Source of the DNA: Obrimoposthia wandeli
Taxonomy: Eukaryota
Assembly: GCA_977020255.1 (NCBI GenBank)
Contig: CDROCS010006113.1
Coordinates: 124,001 to 188,000, forward strand
Reading direction: 5' to 3'
DNA length: 64,000 bases
Under the pieces are notes generated by a model that ran no database searches, had not been told where the DNA came from, and was given only the letters and a program-made list of their open reading frames with translations. This document shows, piece by piece, positions 51,399 through 63,479 of this stretch. Within the stretch, counting starts at the first letter, position 1. Each line of letters begins with the position of its first letter. The translations under genes and the position numbers were made by a program.

Positions 51399-51500
51399 CT
51401 GCAGAAGTCACAGTTAACTTCACACTAAATATACTCGAGACTCATTGTTCTCAAATTGCAAAAAGCAATATCATATAAAACCTATCAAATACCTAAGTTT

Positions 51501-51572
51501 TGCGATCAGAAACCGGAGTTATCTTACTTGCAATAATTTATTAAAATACGGGAATTTTATATTAGAAAAACA
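51501..51572 (+). repeat. 5' LTR (72 bp)
   Basis: TG...CA, followed by taac and the PBS; matches 55762-55833. Confidence 0.8.
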
Positions 51573-54500
51573 TAACTGGCGACCACTTCGAAATAAATGT
51601 AGTTACGAGAAGTCAATCAAATAATAATATCCTCGAGACTATGCCAAAAGAGCAAATAATGATGTTTCAGTATGACATAAGAACATACGATGGAATGAGT
51701 TCAAAGTAGGTTAAAATGGTTAAAGGATATAGGAGAATGGGTTAACGCAAATCAGATTAATATAGGGGATGCATTTGAGTTGCTGTTGACCGAAGAAGCT
51801 GGATTATTATGGAAGGATGCCAGTGAAAGTTCAAATTCAGAAGTCGAAGTAAAAAAATGGTTTGAAGAAAATTTCCTAGAAAGGAATTCCATAGTTGACA
51901 AAGTTTGCGAACTTGCAAATGTGAAGCAAGTAGAAGGCGAACGTTTCTCAGCGTTCAGCATTAGAGTGAGAAAATTCGTTGAGGCTATGATGGAAAATAA
52001 TGTTAGCAAAGATGAGCTGACTGACGCTTTTATTAAAGATAGAGTAAGAAGTGAAAAACTGAAAGAGAAGTTCTTATTAAAACCGCAGATGTCAAAGGAG
52101 AAATATAAGCGTTGGCAAAGGTTTATAGCGAAATTGAGAAAATAAAAACCGTGATTGCACAAGTTCAGAATACATATGCAAATATAGTAAAAAGAGAATA
52201 CAACCGTCTGACAACCGTCATTTCTCAAACAATACGAAAAAACACCCAGTATCAGTACCAGTACCAGTATATCAGGAACAAAAAATTATGTTAATGAAGA
52301 AAAAAGATACATAAATAGAGACGCCCAAAATCAAAATAATAGGAGACCAATACCGAGGTTTTCCTTAAAACAAATAGCTAAAAGAAAATATAATTTAGCC
52401 AAGGGACTGCCTGTCACAAAAGTGAAGAACTTCAGCCAGGAGCATGTTTTTGTTGTGGTGAAAAAGGTCATTTTCGAAATCAATATCCTCTCAATCACAA
52501 ATGTTTGATTTACGGAAAAGAAGGTCACAATTTCAACAGCTGCTATATTTTAAAGAACCCACATCAAACTTCAAGAGTACTTTGTATAACAGAAGAAGTG
52601 AGAGGAAATAATCAAGATTTAGAAGATTGTAATAATGACGACATGATAATACATTATGTTAATCAGGGAAACGTGAGCGATCCCATTGCTCACATTTCGT
52701 CGGTGGGATCGATTATATAGAACCAAAGCGGAATGAAAAGATGTATTAGAAGAATGATAGTCGTGAATGGAGTATAATGAAGATTAATGTTGTAGATGTG
52801 GAAATGCTGTGGGACTCCAGATCATCAGTTACTGTAATGAGTAAGGATTGTTGGAAGAAAGTAGGTTGTCACAAAATGAGACAGAGTAATTTATATCTGA
52901 GTGGAGTTTTTTCGAATAATCATCAACAGCCCTTAGGTAGGTTTAATACTAAAGTGTTATGGAATGGAAAGGAGAATGTTTTGGAAATAATCGTTGTAGA
53001 AGAAATTAAACCAGAATTTATTGGTGGAATCGATACAATGAAAACATTTGGGATAAAGCTGCAGGACATATGTAATTTGGACTCCTCTTGCATGATGAAA
53101 ACGTTTTCCTTGAAAGAAAGAACAGATAAAATATGTAATTCTTGAAAATGCGATAGAGACTCAATTCAGGACATTATATTGAGGAATTTGGGAAAATATT
53201 TATGTGTTCTAAATTTGATCTAGGATATACCAAAATTATCTCTCATAAGATTGAGACTATTGCCGATCCTATTTGCCAAAATCCTAGACGACAACCGATG
53301 CATTTAGAAAACCAAGTTGATGAAATGATTGAAAATTTACTCAAAGTAAACGTAATTAAGCGTTGTGAAAGTCCTTGGAACTCGCCATTTGTCATTGTAA
53401 AGAAGCCAGACAATACAATTCGAATGTGTGTTGACTACAGACAATTGAATACTGTAACCAAGAAGTTTACATTTCCCATACCGGATGCCCAACTCTCGTT
53501 CGATTGTCTAGGTGATGCAAAAATATTTACGACATTAGATATTGGACAAGCTTATTATCAGGTAGATCTACAGAATGAGTATCAAGCAAAAACGGCTTTT
53601 AGTACAAAATTAGGACAATTTTGTTTCAATCGCATGCCATTTGGGTTGGCTACAGCACCGGCTACATTCCAGGGTTTGATGCATAAAATATTGGATGGTT
53701 TGCTGTTCAAAGAAAAAATTGCATATCTGGATATAAATTATTAAGAGAGGTATTCAAAATAAATGCAGCTGCAGGTCTCAAAATAAGCCCTAATAAATGT
53801 TATATTGGTCAGAAACCGTTAAAATTCTTAGGTCAAACCATAACAGAAAGTGGAATACATACAAATCAGTCGAAAGTCTACAAAATTATAAATTTCAAAG
53901 ACCCATCTTGTAGCGGAAAACTAAAATCATTTTTAGAAATGGCAAACTATTATCGAAGACTTATTAAAGATTATGCCAATATTGCAGCCCCACTATATGC
54001 AGTGGGATCCGGAAATAAGAAGTCAATACAATGGTCCCCGGATTGTAAAACAGGTTTTTCACTCCTGAAAGAAAAATTAACAACAACTCCCATATTAGAT
54101 TTTCCCAGGCGAAATAGAAAATTTATAATTGATACAGACGCAAGCTTTGGTGCGATTGGGGCAGTATTGAGCCAACTGGATGAAATGAGAAACGAAAAAG
54201 TGATTGCATACACTTCAAGACATATGACTTCCCATGTGAAAGGAAAATAAATTTTAGTGGTATACGAATTTATTATGCATTTCAAACAATATTTATATGA
54301 AACAGAATTTTGGCAAGAACATATCATAAAGCATTAAAGTTTTTAAGAACGACGAAAATAACAATCAGTCCTCAATTTCAAACATGGCTGGCAAATTTAT
54401 TAGAATTTAATTTTAAGTTAAAACACCGTAAAGGTATTAACCATGGTAATGCCGATGGTATGTCAAGATTAAAGGAAACAGTTTGTGCTCAGTGTGAAAC

Positions 54501-55761
54501 TAAATATATAGATACACAAGAGAAGAGATCTAAAATAAGATATATTCACTCACTAAATGAAGACAACTTCTTGAGTAAGATAGGGAAAATACAACAAGAA
54601 GATATTCACGTGAAAGAAATGAAAGTTTTCTTTCAACTGTAAGTAAAAATTTATCAGAAGAATGCAAAGAAGTTGGATTTATCAGATAAAAGAAAAACTC
54701 TAACTCTGCGATGATATCCTTTATTTTAATCAATATTTTACAGATTTAATTGTCATACCTCTAAAAAACGCTAATGAAATTATTAATGAAATTCACCAAT
54801 ACCTTTGTCACTTAGGAATGCAAAACGTTTATAACTATATAAAAGATAACTTCTATTTAAAAGGAATGTTTCAAGAAATAAAAGATTGTATATCAAAATG
54901 CGTTTTCTGTGTCTAAAGAAAAATTTAAACAAGCAGAACAAAATAAGTATATAATCATATAGTCAAAGTAATTTTTTAGATTAAATAGTTGTCGATATAG
55001 CACATGAAGAAAGGAAGATCTAAAAAGAAATATATGTTGATAGTAATATGATAGAAATATATGATTTAGTAAACTTGTATCACTATCAGCAACTACAAAA
55101 GAAGATAAAATAACAATTACTAAAGCTCTCGAGACAAAATGGATATATAAATTTGGAAATCCTAAGAGCATTTTAACAGATAGAGGACGAATATTTACTG
55201 GAAATTATTTTCAGAATTTGCTACAAATATTTGGTATTGAACAGGTGCTTACAGCACCTTATCAATATCAAGCTAACGGTCTAGCAGACAGAGTTATACA
55301 CACGGTAAGAGATATGATTGTTACGACAATAGCGTCTACTAAAACAGGAAAATGTTGACACGATTTATTGTCACAAATTGAATTTGCTATAAATGTAACA
55401 GTAAATAGTTCTTCAAAACATTCACCGTTTGAGGTCATTTATGGAAGAAAAATAACAATTCTAGCATCAAGTACAACAACAAACAAAGAAGAAAATATCA
55501 TTCAAGACGTAAGGAAGAACCAACAAATCGCAGCTGAAAAGTTAAAGAAGAGAGGAAATAATATTTGAAGTAAATGAAAAGGTGCTTGTTAAAAAGGACC
55601 CAATTAAAAGAAGCAAGGATAGTGACCAGTATGAAGGCCCATATAGAATAATAGAATTCTTGAGTACACGACAGATATCAATTCAGTTTCCAAGAGGAAT
55701 ACTCCCCAGGAGAATCGAATGGCTGAAGAAGTATAAATTTGATTTGTGAAGGGGAAAGTTA

Positions 55762-55833
55762 TGTAATCAGAAACCGGAATTATCTTACTTCCAATAATTT
55801 GTTTAAATACTGGTATTTAATATTAGAAAAATA
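55762..55833 (+). repeat. 3' LTR (72 bp)
   Basis: Immediately after the PPT; about 10 mismatches to the 5' LTR by eye. Confidence 0.8.
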
Positions 55834-58800
55834 TAAATTGTGTTGTGGAATCTAACTCTTGAATTATGTCTACGATAGAAAACCTAACTATCTTATATCA
55901 AAATAACTCAAAGATTCTTCTTGTATTTCGTTTAAATATCATAAGATGTAGAAATACTTCACATTCTTTTCAAAACAATTCAAATATGAGACATAATTTT
56001 ATAAAGTTATTAAATGTGAATCATTATAAAAATATAAAGCGCAAAATAAATATTTTACTATTACACAAAAAATGTATAGTTAATCTAAATTAGCTGTTAG
56101 AATAAAACTTACATTATTATGAAATTGATGATTTTGTAAAAATTGAAAAGGAGCATGAAATACCGTGATTTAAATAATGAAGAAATATCTTTATAATCAT
56201 AATAAAATAAAACAGTAATTTAAAAAAAAATAATCTATTGTTCATGCGTGTTCTCGATGATGCTATAAATTCCCTCTACGAGCTTATTAATTTATTTCTT
56301 TACATGAAAAGAACAAAATATTTTTTCTTTAGTCAAAGCTAACAATTTGCGAAAGAAGCTAAACTAAAAATCAAATCTCTTTCTTGATAAGATTCGCATA
56401 ACTACAGAACCATATATTAATAATAATGATTTGAATATTACGCGTGTTCAGCCTAATGACGGACACATGCTTGAATTAATTTGGTGCCGTAATTTAGTCC
56501 TTTAAATAGCATCTGACTTCAATTAGGAACCGCTTCTATGTATGTTAACGAGTATCAATTCGAGGGCAGGTCTAGTGCCTCGTCAATTCGATCATCCGTG
56601 TCAAGTTACCTACTGGGGCACAGTTTCACCGAAAATATGAATTATTAAATGCTTCCTAGAAACGATTGAGATTATTTTCTCTTTCTGTTACAAATGCAAA
56701 ATTTTCGTCAACGCTACTTTCAGGTTTACAAATTTACCGAAAATCTGTTTCAGACTTTACCAACGATTGAATATATCAGTGCTTTCCAATCTTCACATTA
56801 CTACGCCCCCTATGAGAAAGATCTAGTATTGGCGCTTTGCCTACATTTAATCAAGTATCAGAGGCACATTAACGGAATAAAAACAAAGATTTACCCTACA
56901 TATTCATATTCATTTCTAATGCAATGGATGTGCTTGTTTAATATAGTTTATAATAATATCCTAAATATTAATTTTGTTCCTTGACAAAAGCATATCTACA
57001 TACATTTTTATTTATATAGGTTATGGAAATTACATTTCATTTAAACTTCTCGCGCCTCCTTTCGCAGTTTGGAATTTACCGAACATTTTATTTTTCATTT
57101 TATTTAAGTTTGCAATCACAATTCATTGCAGAACAGACTTTCATGTTAAAATAGCACAACAGAAATTGTAGAAATTAAACAAAAATATTTGTCCAAAAAT
57201 CATTATATTCTTGAAGAAAGTCTTGTGGGATAATTATAAAATAAATTAGAAATTAGAACAAACAAGAAGTGAATGCTAAGCATAGTTTAAAACACGCAAA
57301 AGTTAGATTCAGACGATAGATTGTATTATCAGATTGCGCAAAGAAATTCCCTGATACATCACGTAAATAGGAAGTGATAGTGTTTAATGTTTATCTGTTA
57401 ACAATAAAAAGTAGATAAAACATTTCTACTATTACACATATTTTGAACTATTAGCCCAGCCGACTTTTAAATGAATGTCATTGCTGATACCAAGATGGAC
57501 AATGTGAAACAGCTTAATTGCGAAATAAATTCCCTATTGACTGAGAAGATCGTTTGTTTCTCATTCCAATTGTTATTAGGCCGGTTTGAAACATACCAGC
57601 AATACGGGAGCATGTAAGGTGTATGTAGATGTGTATTCAATTTGGTGTTCAGCTGCTACTACGGCTGGGATTGGGGCTGGAGCCTATTGTTTGAATGAGG
57701 ATGGGCAGCACACTAAATGGAATATCTATTATTAGAAGCAACAGTGATGGAAGCGAAAATATCGACACAACTGCAGCTTTGTGGTTGGTAGAACTATTGT
57801 GCCAGAATGAAGGAGAAAGGTATATTGGTTAACATAAATTGAAAGGAAGAGAGAGAGAGAATTAGAGTTGGGAAAAGTATCATTTTGGTGTAATTTGTAG
57901 CAACATGTTGCCAAGTTGCCCTGAGTTACCGAAAGCAACAGTGGCAGACAGAAAAAACTATCAAAGTCAGAGAGGAACTCACAGAATCTAATGCATTGTC
58001 ATCGTTAATTTGTCAAAATCAGAAGAAGAGGTTGGTCACTGTAGCACGATTTACAAAAGAATAAGATGCTAATGATACTGCACGATGAATCGATACTTTC
58101 AGAGTATTGATGTCTACGGAAGATTATCGGAACCCGTCTGGTCATTATATTGTGGCTAGGTGTTTTTTAAATTAGACCAGGGCAAAGAGCTATTACATAA
58201 CTTCTAACAGTTAGTTGTTTTTCTAATTAATCTTAAAATTAATTAAAATTAAAAACGTTATAGCAATGTACAAAATAATTTTCATCATAGTATACTTAAT
58301 TAAAATAAATTTATAGCTTCAAAATGTTTTGATCGGTAAATTTTTATAATGGAAAATTATTTACAATCTGCAATAATACAGTTTGTAAAAAAATATGTAG
58401 TTACTTAAATTAAGACTAAATAATTCACATATTGATTAAAATTAATGCATTTTAAAACAAAATTACTTTTAGCTACAAAAAAAAGTACTGTTAAATTATT
58501 TTTAACGGTAAATAACAAATTACAGTGTTGTAATATTATTAATAAAGTAACTCATATATTCTTCTTTTTTTTGCATATTGACATAACATCATATAAAATT
58601 CGTCATTAGAAACCGGTTAGAAAATTAGTTAAAACATTATCTAATTTCTTTTTCAATTGGTATATCATCTGTTGTATAAAATTTAGTTACATCCATATAA
58701 AAGTCTTATGTTTTGGTTCTGCTAGATCGCGATTCTTTCAATGAATCACCAATACTTTTCTGAACATTTTTCTGCAGTAATCTGTGAGTTCTACTTTTAT

Positions 58801-59899
58801 GTGCTCGCTTATAGAACAGGATACATGATTATTTCAGATTTTTAAAGTGAATCCACATGACCGATAGTAAATCTTACCGAAATCATATATCAAACAGTCA
58901 TAATCATTAACAGCATTTAACAATTTTGATTTTAAAGATTTCTGCATTCAGGTTTCTGAATATTAATAAGTTTTTATTTAAAGAATTATTCAATTTAGAA
59001 TTTCAGATTATATAAATTAAATTATTTACTTTAAAAGAATGTTAACTAAAAAAATACTGTATATTATGTTTAAATTTTTTTAAATTGTCATTTTTCGGTT
59101 TTTTTCGAAATTTCGGTTAATTGTCTTAATAATGCTTATTTTCGATTAAAACCGGTGACCGAAAATCTGGACCCTAGTCATTACAAAACATCCCAATCAT
59201 AATTCTTGTCTGGGTATTATATGACATTTACAATGACCACCCCACAGTCGCAGAAACCTAACACACCCCAATGCGAACACTGGTATCGAGCAAAAATTAC
59301 TTAAAATTGCATAATACGACACTGGCCTCTTATTAGCCCATTCACATTAATTGCTGATTACTCAAATTTGCTTATTCAACAATTAACTATCAATATACAC
59401 CCAACTATGATCAACCATAGTCAACCAAAACAACACAAACCAAAATCGATCTCAACAAGCCCATACAAGTTCTCAGCTAAGCAACAAAAATACGTCAAAC
59501 TCGGCACCCTCTTGTACTACTTCTAAACCACAAGAGAAAATGTTCATCTAACACGTCAACCAATACAAATGACATATTGATCTTATCATATCCTTCCTTT
59601 TCCCAAACAATTTAGCCACTGGGAGTCCCGCCATCAAAAACCCATATAAAAACTCAGAATAAAATAATAGATTAAAAATAACACCACTGTCAGTGTCTAA
59701 GTTTTCTATAGTTCCGCAACCGTCGACTGTACCAGAATGGGAGGGACTTCTGGAGGCTTCCACGTGCACTGCCGTCTAGAGTCCAAATTACCCCCGTCAT
59801 CGGCTCTACTTCCTAGCAGCCGTAAACCAGGATCCATATATAGCTTTGTAGGAGCTTCTTGGCAGCTTTCACAGCAGCACTCATCATCTTCTCGTCATT

Positions 59900-60171
59900 T
59901 CTCTTATCAATTCTTTTTTGAATCTCCACTTTTTTGCCTTTGTCTTTAACAATCAAGGTATTTTCTTTAGTCATATCAACTTCTCGGACTTTGGGTAAAT
60001 CATTAAGTTGAACATTTTCCAACTCGAAATTTATAGTTTCATCACAAAAATCTAAGCCACAAGTAGCAATAGCTATATGCAACATTGTATTAGTACGATT
60101 ATCACTAAATCCTGAAGCTTTCACTGCACAAACTTGAAGATCTAACTTCAACCGATTCAAAATAGGAGCTG
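59900..60171 (-). pseudogene. HSPD1: HSP60/chaperonin-60 fragment, cut by Polinton copy 3
   Basis: ILNRLKLDLQVCAVKASGFSDNR...IAIATCG...LENVQLNDLPKVREV.MTKE..KGKKVEIQKRI aligns with HSP60 [23 protein letters not shown]...MAIATGG...[31 protein letters not shown]. Confidence 0.88.
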
Positions 60172-60639
60172 AGTAGGTGGATGTGTCCGGTCTAATCCAC
60201 CCCCCTCAACCCTGTCCTTTAAAATCGTGCATGTGTGTGGAGTGAAATTTCGTGTATGTGTGTGAAGTGAAATTTCCTACCCCACCCCCACTGTCCTTTA
60301 AAACCATGCATGTGTGTGGAGGTAAAAATTGAAAAAGCATCGAAGAGGAGGGAGGGGGGTCCTCCCCATATTTTTTATTTTACTTGGAAATTTACCACGA
60401 AAGTGGTTAGAGAAGACCACGGGAATCTATATTGACCCCGGCGGCTTATCGCAGACGAGATTTCAAATATATTACTAATATTTTTAAGAAAGATTACTAA
60501 ATGTTAAATATTTAGGTCACTTTAGAATTTATAGGATAAAAAATCGGTCAGATCTATATAATTTAGAGGAGAAAAAACAAAATACGAGTCAAAATTATGT
60601 TTCAAAACATTTATTAAACATAAAACAACATATTGGCTT

Positions 60640-61610
60640 CACTCAAAGTCCAAAGAGGCTGCATTTCCCCATCATCAGCAAAATATCTATTGAGACGTAT
60701 TGAGATATTCTATAGTTCTTCATCTAGACTTGGAGCAATCAAATAACCTAGATCATCTTTAAAAGTCAGCCTGGGATCAGTTTTAAGCTGGAAACAATTT
60801 CCTTCATATACATAATCAGGAATGTAAAATCCCAAAATATTTTTCAATTGATCAAAATCAGATGTTGTTAAAATTTCGATAAGATAGTTATTCTCCACTT
60901 TTGATATTTTCACAGGATTCATAACTCGTATAATTTGATGCTTCTTTAATATATTACATAGTTTTCCTTTTGAAATTCTTTCTTAATAATAAACATTGCC
61001 TACACTTTTCTTATTCATTCTAAAATAAGGAAACAGATTAAAAACAATGTTTATAAAAAAATACATATAAGATACAAATATTTAAAAAATAAAACTGATT
61101 ATTAAATGAAAGAAACATAGTAAAACCGATTACAATTTATTACACGCAAAAGTTAAAACATAGAAATATGAACACGTTCAATTTTCCACATAGGCAACTT
61201 TGTCCCCATTTCATCTTTCTTGTAACCATAAAGTCGAATTGTTACAGTGCATTGCTTCTTTTTCGGAAACGCATCAATATCAACATATCTTCCATAGTCA
61301 TCTAGAAATGCTTCATCGGGTCCTCGGATATAAAATTCGTTCTTATTGAAAGTAAAATTCGGAACTGCCAGTTCAACTTATCTGTTAGAGATATTGAAAA
61401 TCTGGTTTTTGAATATTTGATAGATAATAGCTGAACTTTCTTCTTTCAATTGTCACAGAATTTACTAAAGCAATCAGTTGAGCCTTCTTCAAGAATCTGA
61501 CTTTTTATTTGAAATATTGTTTCACTTCTTCATACATATCCTTATCCGATTCTTCAAATATTTCCGAATCTTCGTCACCGCTTAATATCCGTTGGCTATC
61601 CTCCATCGTT
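60640..61610 (-). pseudogene. Accessory ORF B and ORF A copies in Polinton copy 3
   Basis: Reverse-complement match to 6935-7950, with stops/indels. Confidence 0.85.
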
Positions 61611-61862
61611 GATAATTGTCTTTGATATGAATGCATTTACTGTAATTTGTCCTCCAATGGCGCATTCTTTTATACTAATTTCTAACAAAAACATGAATAT
61701 CATTGGTTAATATAACTAAATCCATATTAAAAATCAAATTTGATTGGAAGAAATATATCATCCAATTATAATAGGTTTGCAAGATAATTACAAGAAACGT
61801 GCAATAAAAAAGCAGGTTCAAACATATATAAAGAAGATTTTACAGAATACAATTTTAGTCTA

Positions 61863-62363
61863 ATGAAACTCGTAAATATAAATTATAAAGGTAGAACAGA
61901 AGATGATGTTTCGTACTTACCATTCAATGAATGCAAACCGAGACAATATGTGGAAAGGTTTCACAATTTCACAGTTGTTATTTTTCCTACAGGTTAGTTT
62001 TTTATTTTATTTTCATATTGAATTCTTTTAGGAAATTGTCGTGTTATGGGATGCAATATACCAATGCTTGGGTTCAATTTACCATTTGGAATTCGAATCA
62101 CTGCAATACAATCAATCACAATTTCGGCTAATCTTGGGAAACAGATAAATCTTTTTAAAACTGCAGAGAAAATGAAAGAAGAATGCATGTTTGAACCAGA
62201 AATATTTCCTGCTCTCAGTTATTTGAAGTTTAAACCGCTATGTGTAAATATATTTTCCAGTGGAAATGTTATGATATTGGGATTGAAAAATTTTGATTAT
62301 CAAGACATTGTTGATTTGATTTTAGAAAATATATCTTATTACATCTTGTTATCTTTTCTATAA
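61863..62363 (+). CDS. Intact spliced TBP-like protein, 153 aa (exon 61863-61992, intron 61993-62031, exon 62032-62363)
   Basis: Repeat 1 KLVNI...TVVIFPTGNCRVMG; repeat 2 IQSIT.SANLG..INL...FEPEIFPAL...KPLCVNIFSSGNVMILGLK, compared with TBP YEPELFPGLIYR..KP..VLLIFVSGKVVLTGAK. The 39-nt GT-AG intron contains an in-frame TAG. Confidence 0.85.
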
Positions 62364-62391
62364 ACAAACCTGTTTAAACTTATTGTTTCAA

Positions 62392-62664
62392 ATGAATAAT
62401 ACTATAAATACAGACAATGAAGTGGATTGTCTTGTCGACGAAATATTTTCTGGAAAAATTAGGGGTAAAGAAATTTTATCAGAATTAAAAAATAATGATA
62501 TAACAAGAGATAACATTTAAATATTGGTTAGATCACACATTATTCGAGAATTTAGAAATCGTACACAAATAAATAAAATTATAGCCAAATATTCATTAAT
62601 TAATTTTTGTATTTCATCTACAATAGCTCTAAAATTGTACATTTCAATAAGGAAACTTCTATGA
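62392..62664 (+). pseudogene. Unknown ~90-aa ORF (homologue of 5855-6136), one internal stop
   Basis: Colinear with copy 1; GAA->TAA. Confidence 0.55.
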
Positions 62665-62701
62665 TAATATAAACAATATTAAAAATGAAAGAGTATATGC
62701 A

Positions 62702-63349
62702 ATGGAGCTAAATAATAATGCCGTATTTCAAATAGTTGGCCCCAGTGGAAGTGGAAAGACACATTTCGTATGTAAATTGTTGCAAAATGAATCTATTTTC
62801 AAATCTAGTTTCAAAAATATTTATTGGCATCATGGTGGATGAGGGGAAAGCGGATTAACCAAAACAGAAGTTTGCAAGTTGAAGGGAATAAAATTTATTG
62901 AAGGATTTGATGCAAATTGGTGTGAAAGATTGAAAAGAGAAGATGTAATAATAATTGATGATTTGTATCAGGAAGCTAACGAGGAATCGGACTTTAATAA
63001 TTTATTTACAAAGATTGCAAGACATCGTTAAGTAACAGTTATATTTATCACTCAAAATCTTTTTCACCAAGGAGGTCACCATAGAACTAGAAATCTTAAT
63101 GTACATTACTTAGTTTTGTTTAAAAATCCTAGAGATCAACCAGTTGTTGATTTTGTGGCCAGACATGCATTTCCCCAAAATAAGAACTTTCTAGTTGATT
63201 CATTCCACGATGCTGCTAAACAAGCACATGGGTATATATTTATTGACTTTACACAAGCTTGCCCTGATGATTTACGTGTTTTAACAGACATATTTAATTC
63301 TAAGGGAGTAACTGTTTATAAACAAATAGAGAATAATTATAAAAGATAA
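62702..63349 (+). pseudogene. A32/FtsK-like packaging ATPase with two premature stops
   Basis: GPSGSGKT, IIIDD, IARHR, ITQN, FKNPRD. Confidence 0.93.
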
Positions 63350-63356
63350 ATGTAAA

Positions 63357-63470
63357 ATGCCTTTTACGATGTTGATAGTAAAACGTAAAGCAAAGCCTAA
63401 GAAATCAAAAAAAAGAATCATTAAGAAAAAAGAAGTGAAAAAATTAATCAAATCTGTAGTTAGAAATTAA
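63357..63470 (+). CDS. 37-aa highly basic micro-ORF
   Basis: MPFTMLIVKRKAKPKKSKKRIIKKKEVKKLIKSVVRN (16 K/R); homologue at 5045-5163 has a 1-nt poly-A deletion. Confidence 0.55.
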   Translation: MPFTMLIVKRKAKPKKSKKRIIKKKEVKKLIKSVVRN

Positions 63471-63479
63471 AAAAACTTA

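Larger units (their letters stand above)
51501..55833 (+). mobile_element. Ty3/Gypsy LTR retrotransposon, degraded, 4.33 kb
   Basis: Gag with two decayed CCHC knuckles (~52445, ~52505); protease (DS); RT (RMCVDYRQLN, RMPFGL); RNase H (IIDTDAS); integrase after RNase H. PBS tggcgacc at 51577 and PPT aaggggaaag before 55762. Confidence 0.95.

Noticed and set aside
55900-59500. Upstream kinesin motor exons (P-loop, switch I)
   Set aside because: No GQTG.GKS, EIYNE or SSRAH/DLA-coding segments found by eye; they probably lie beyond the window.
61855-63360. Poxvirus-like TAAATG late-promoter motif at Polinton start codons
   Set aside because: Start contexts (ctaATG, caATG/gtaATG, aaATG, aatATG) are not consistent beyond AT-richness.
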